A DNA stretch of 64,000 nt from Octopus sinensis (taxonomy: Eukaryota): contig NC_043024.1 in assembly GCF_006345805.1 (NCBI RefSeq), positions 3,596,001 to 3,660,000 on the forward strand, read 5' to 3'. This document shows, one piece after another, positions 63,628-64,000 of this stretch. Under the pieces are notes generated by a model. It had not been told where the DNA came from, made no database searches, and saw only the letters and a list, made by a program, of their open reading frames with translations. The position numbers and the translations under genes were made by a program. Position 1 is the first letter of the stretch, and each line of letters starts with the position of its first letter.

Positions 63628-64000
63628 CTAGAAAGGAATAAGAAGAAAATAAGACAGATGATAGTCTTTTGTTTGAAATGTTTGAGACTAGCAAAAATTT
63701 TGGATTTTGGACATTTTTTTTTAAATGATTGCATACTATTTAAAATGGAACAGTTTAGCTGTGTAACCCAAATATAAATACATTCTCCATTACATTGCAT
63801 ATTCCATTGCACACATCTGGGATGTTTTGCTCTTAACCAAAACAAATCCGCCTATAACAGTTTCACTTCAACTTGTCGACCGCATAAAACAGCCAAACAA
63901 CCTTTTCAGTTGTTATTCACATCTACAGCACCTCTCTTTATATGTGTGTGTGTGTATAATAATAATAATAATAATCATCATCATCATCATCGTTTAACAT

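Overview
This is eukaryotic, AT-rich, microsatellite-dense DNA with one 100-N scaffold gap. The repeat content suggests an octopod cephalopod (Octopus); that is an inference. Most of the window is intronic or intergenic transposon debris: several tRNA-derived SINE families, many copies of an RTE-clade LINE, a decayed Penelope-like element (RT then GIY-YIG), an R4/Dong-type LINE, a Ty3/Gypsy remnant with its LTR, mariner and maT DNA transposons, and many foldback MITEs. A plus-strand host gene that the ORF track misses can be assembled from phase-compatible exons at 4926-5066, 10063-10212, 11692-11790, 13805-13988 and 25780-25874, possibly continuing to 49189-49312 and 49889-49992; I cannot identify the protein. 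The most notable structures are: (1) a SINE inserted into a 3' splice site with a 17-bp TSD and a locally templated filler; (2) a C4HC3 PHD-type finger embedded in the RTE reverse transcriptase; (3) a hairpin array in the RTE 3' UTR; (4) hammerhead-like motifs with non-canonical cores in Penelope-type terminal repeats; (5) multi-layer nested insertions that can be resolved by their TSDs. There is no prokaryotic-type system such as CRISPR. Repeat boundaries without a stated TIR or TSD are approximate (about +/-20 bp).
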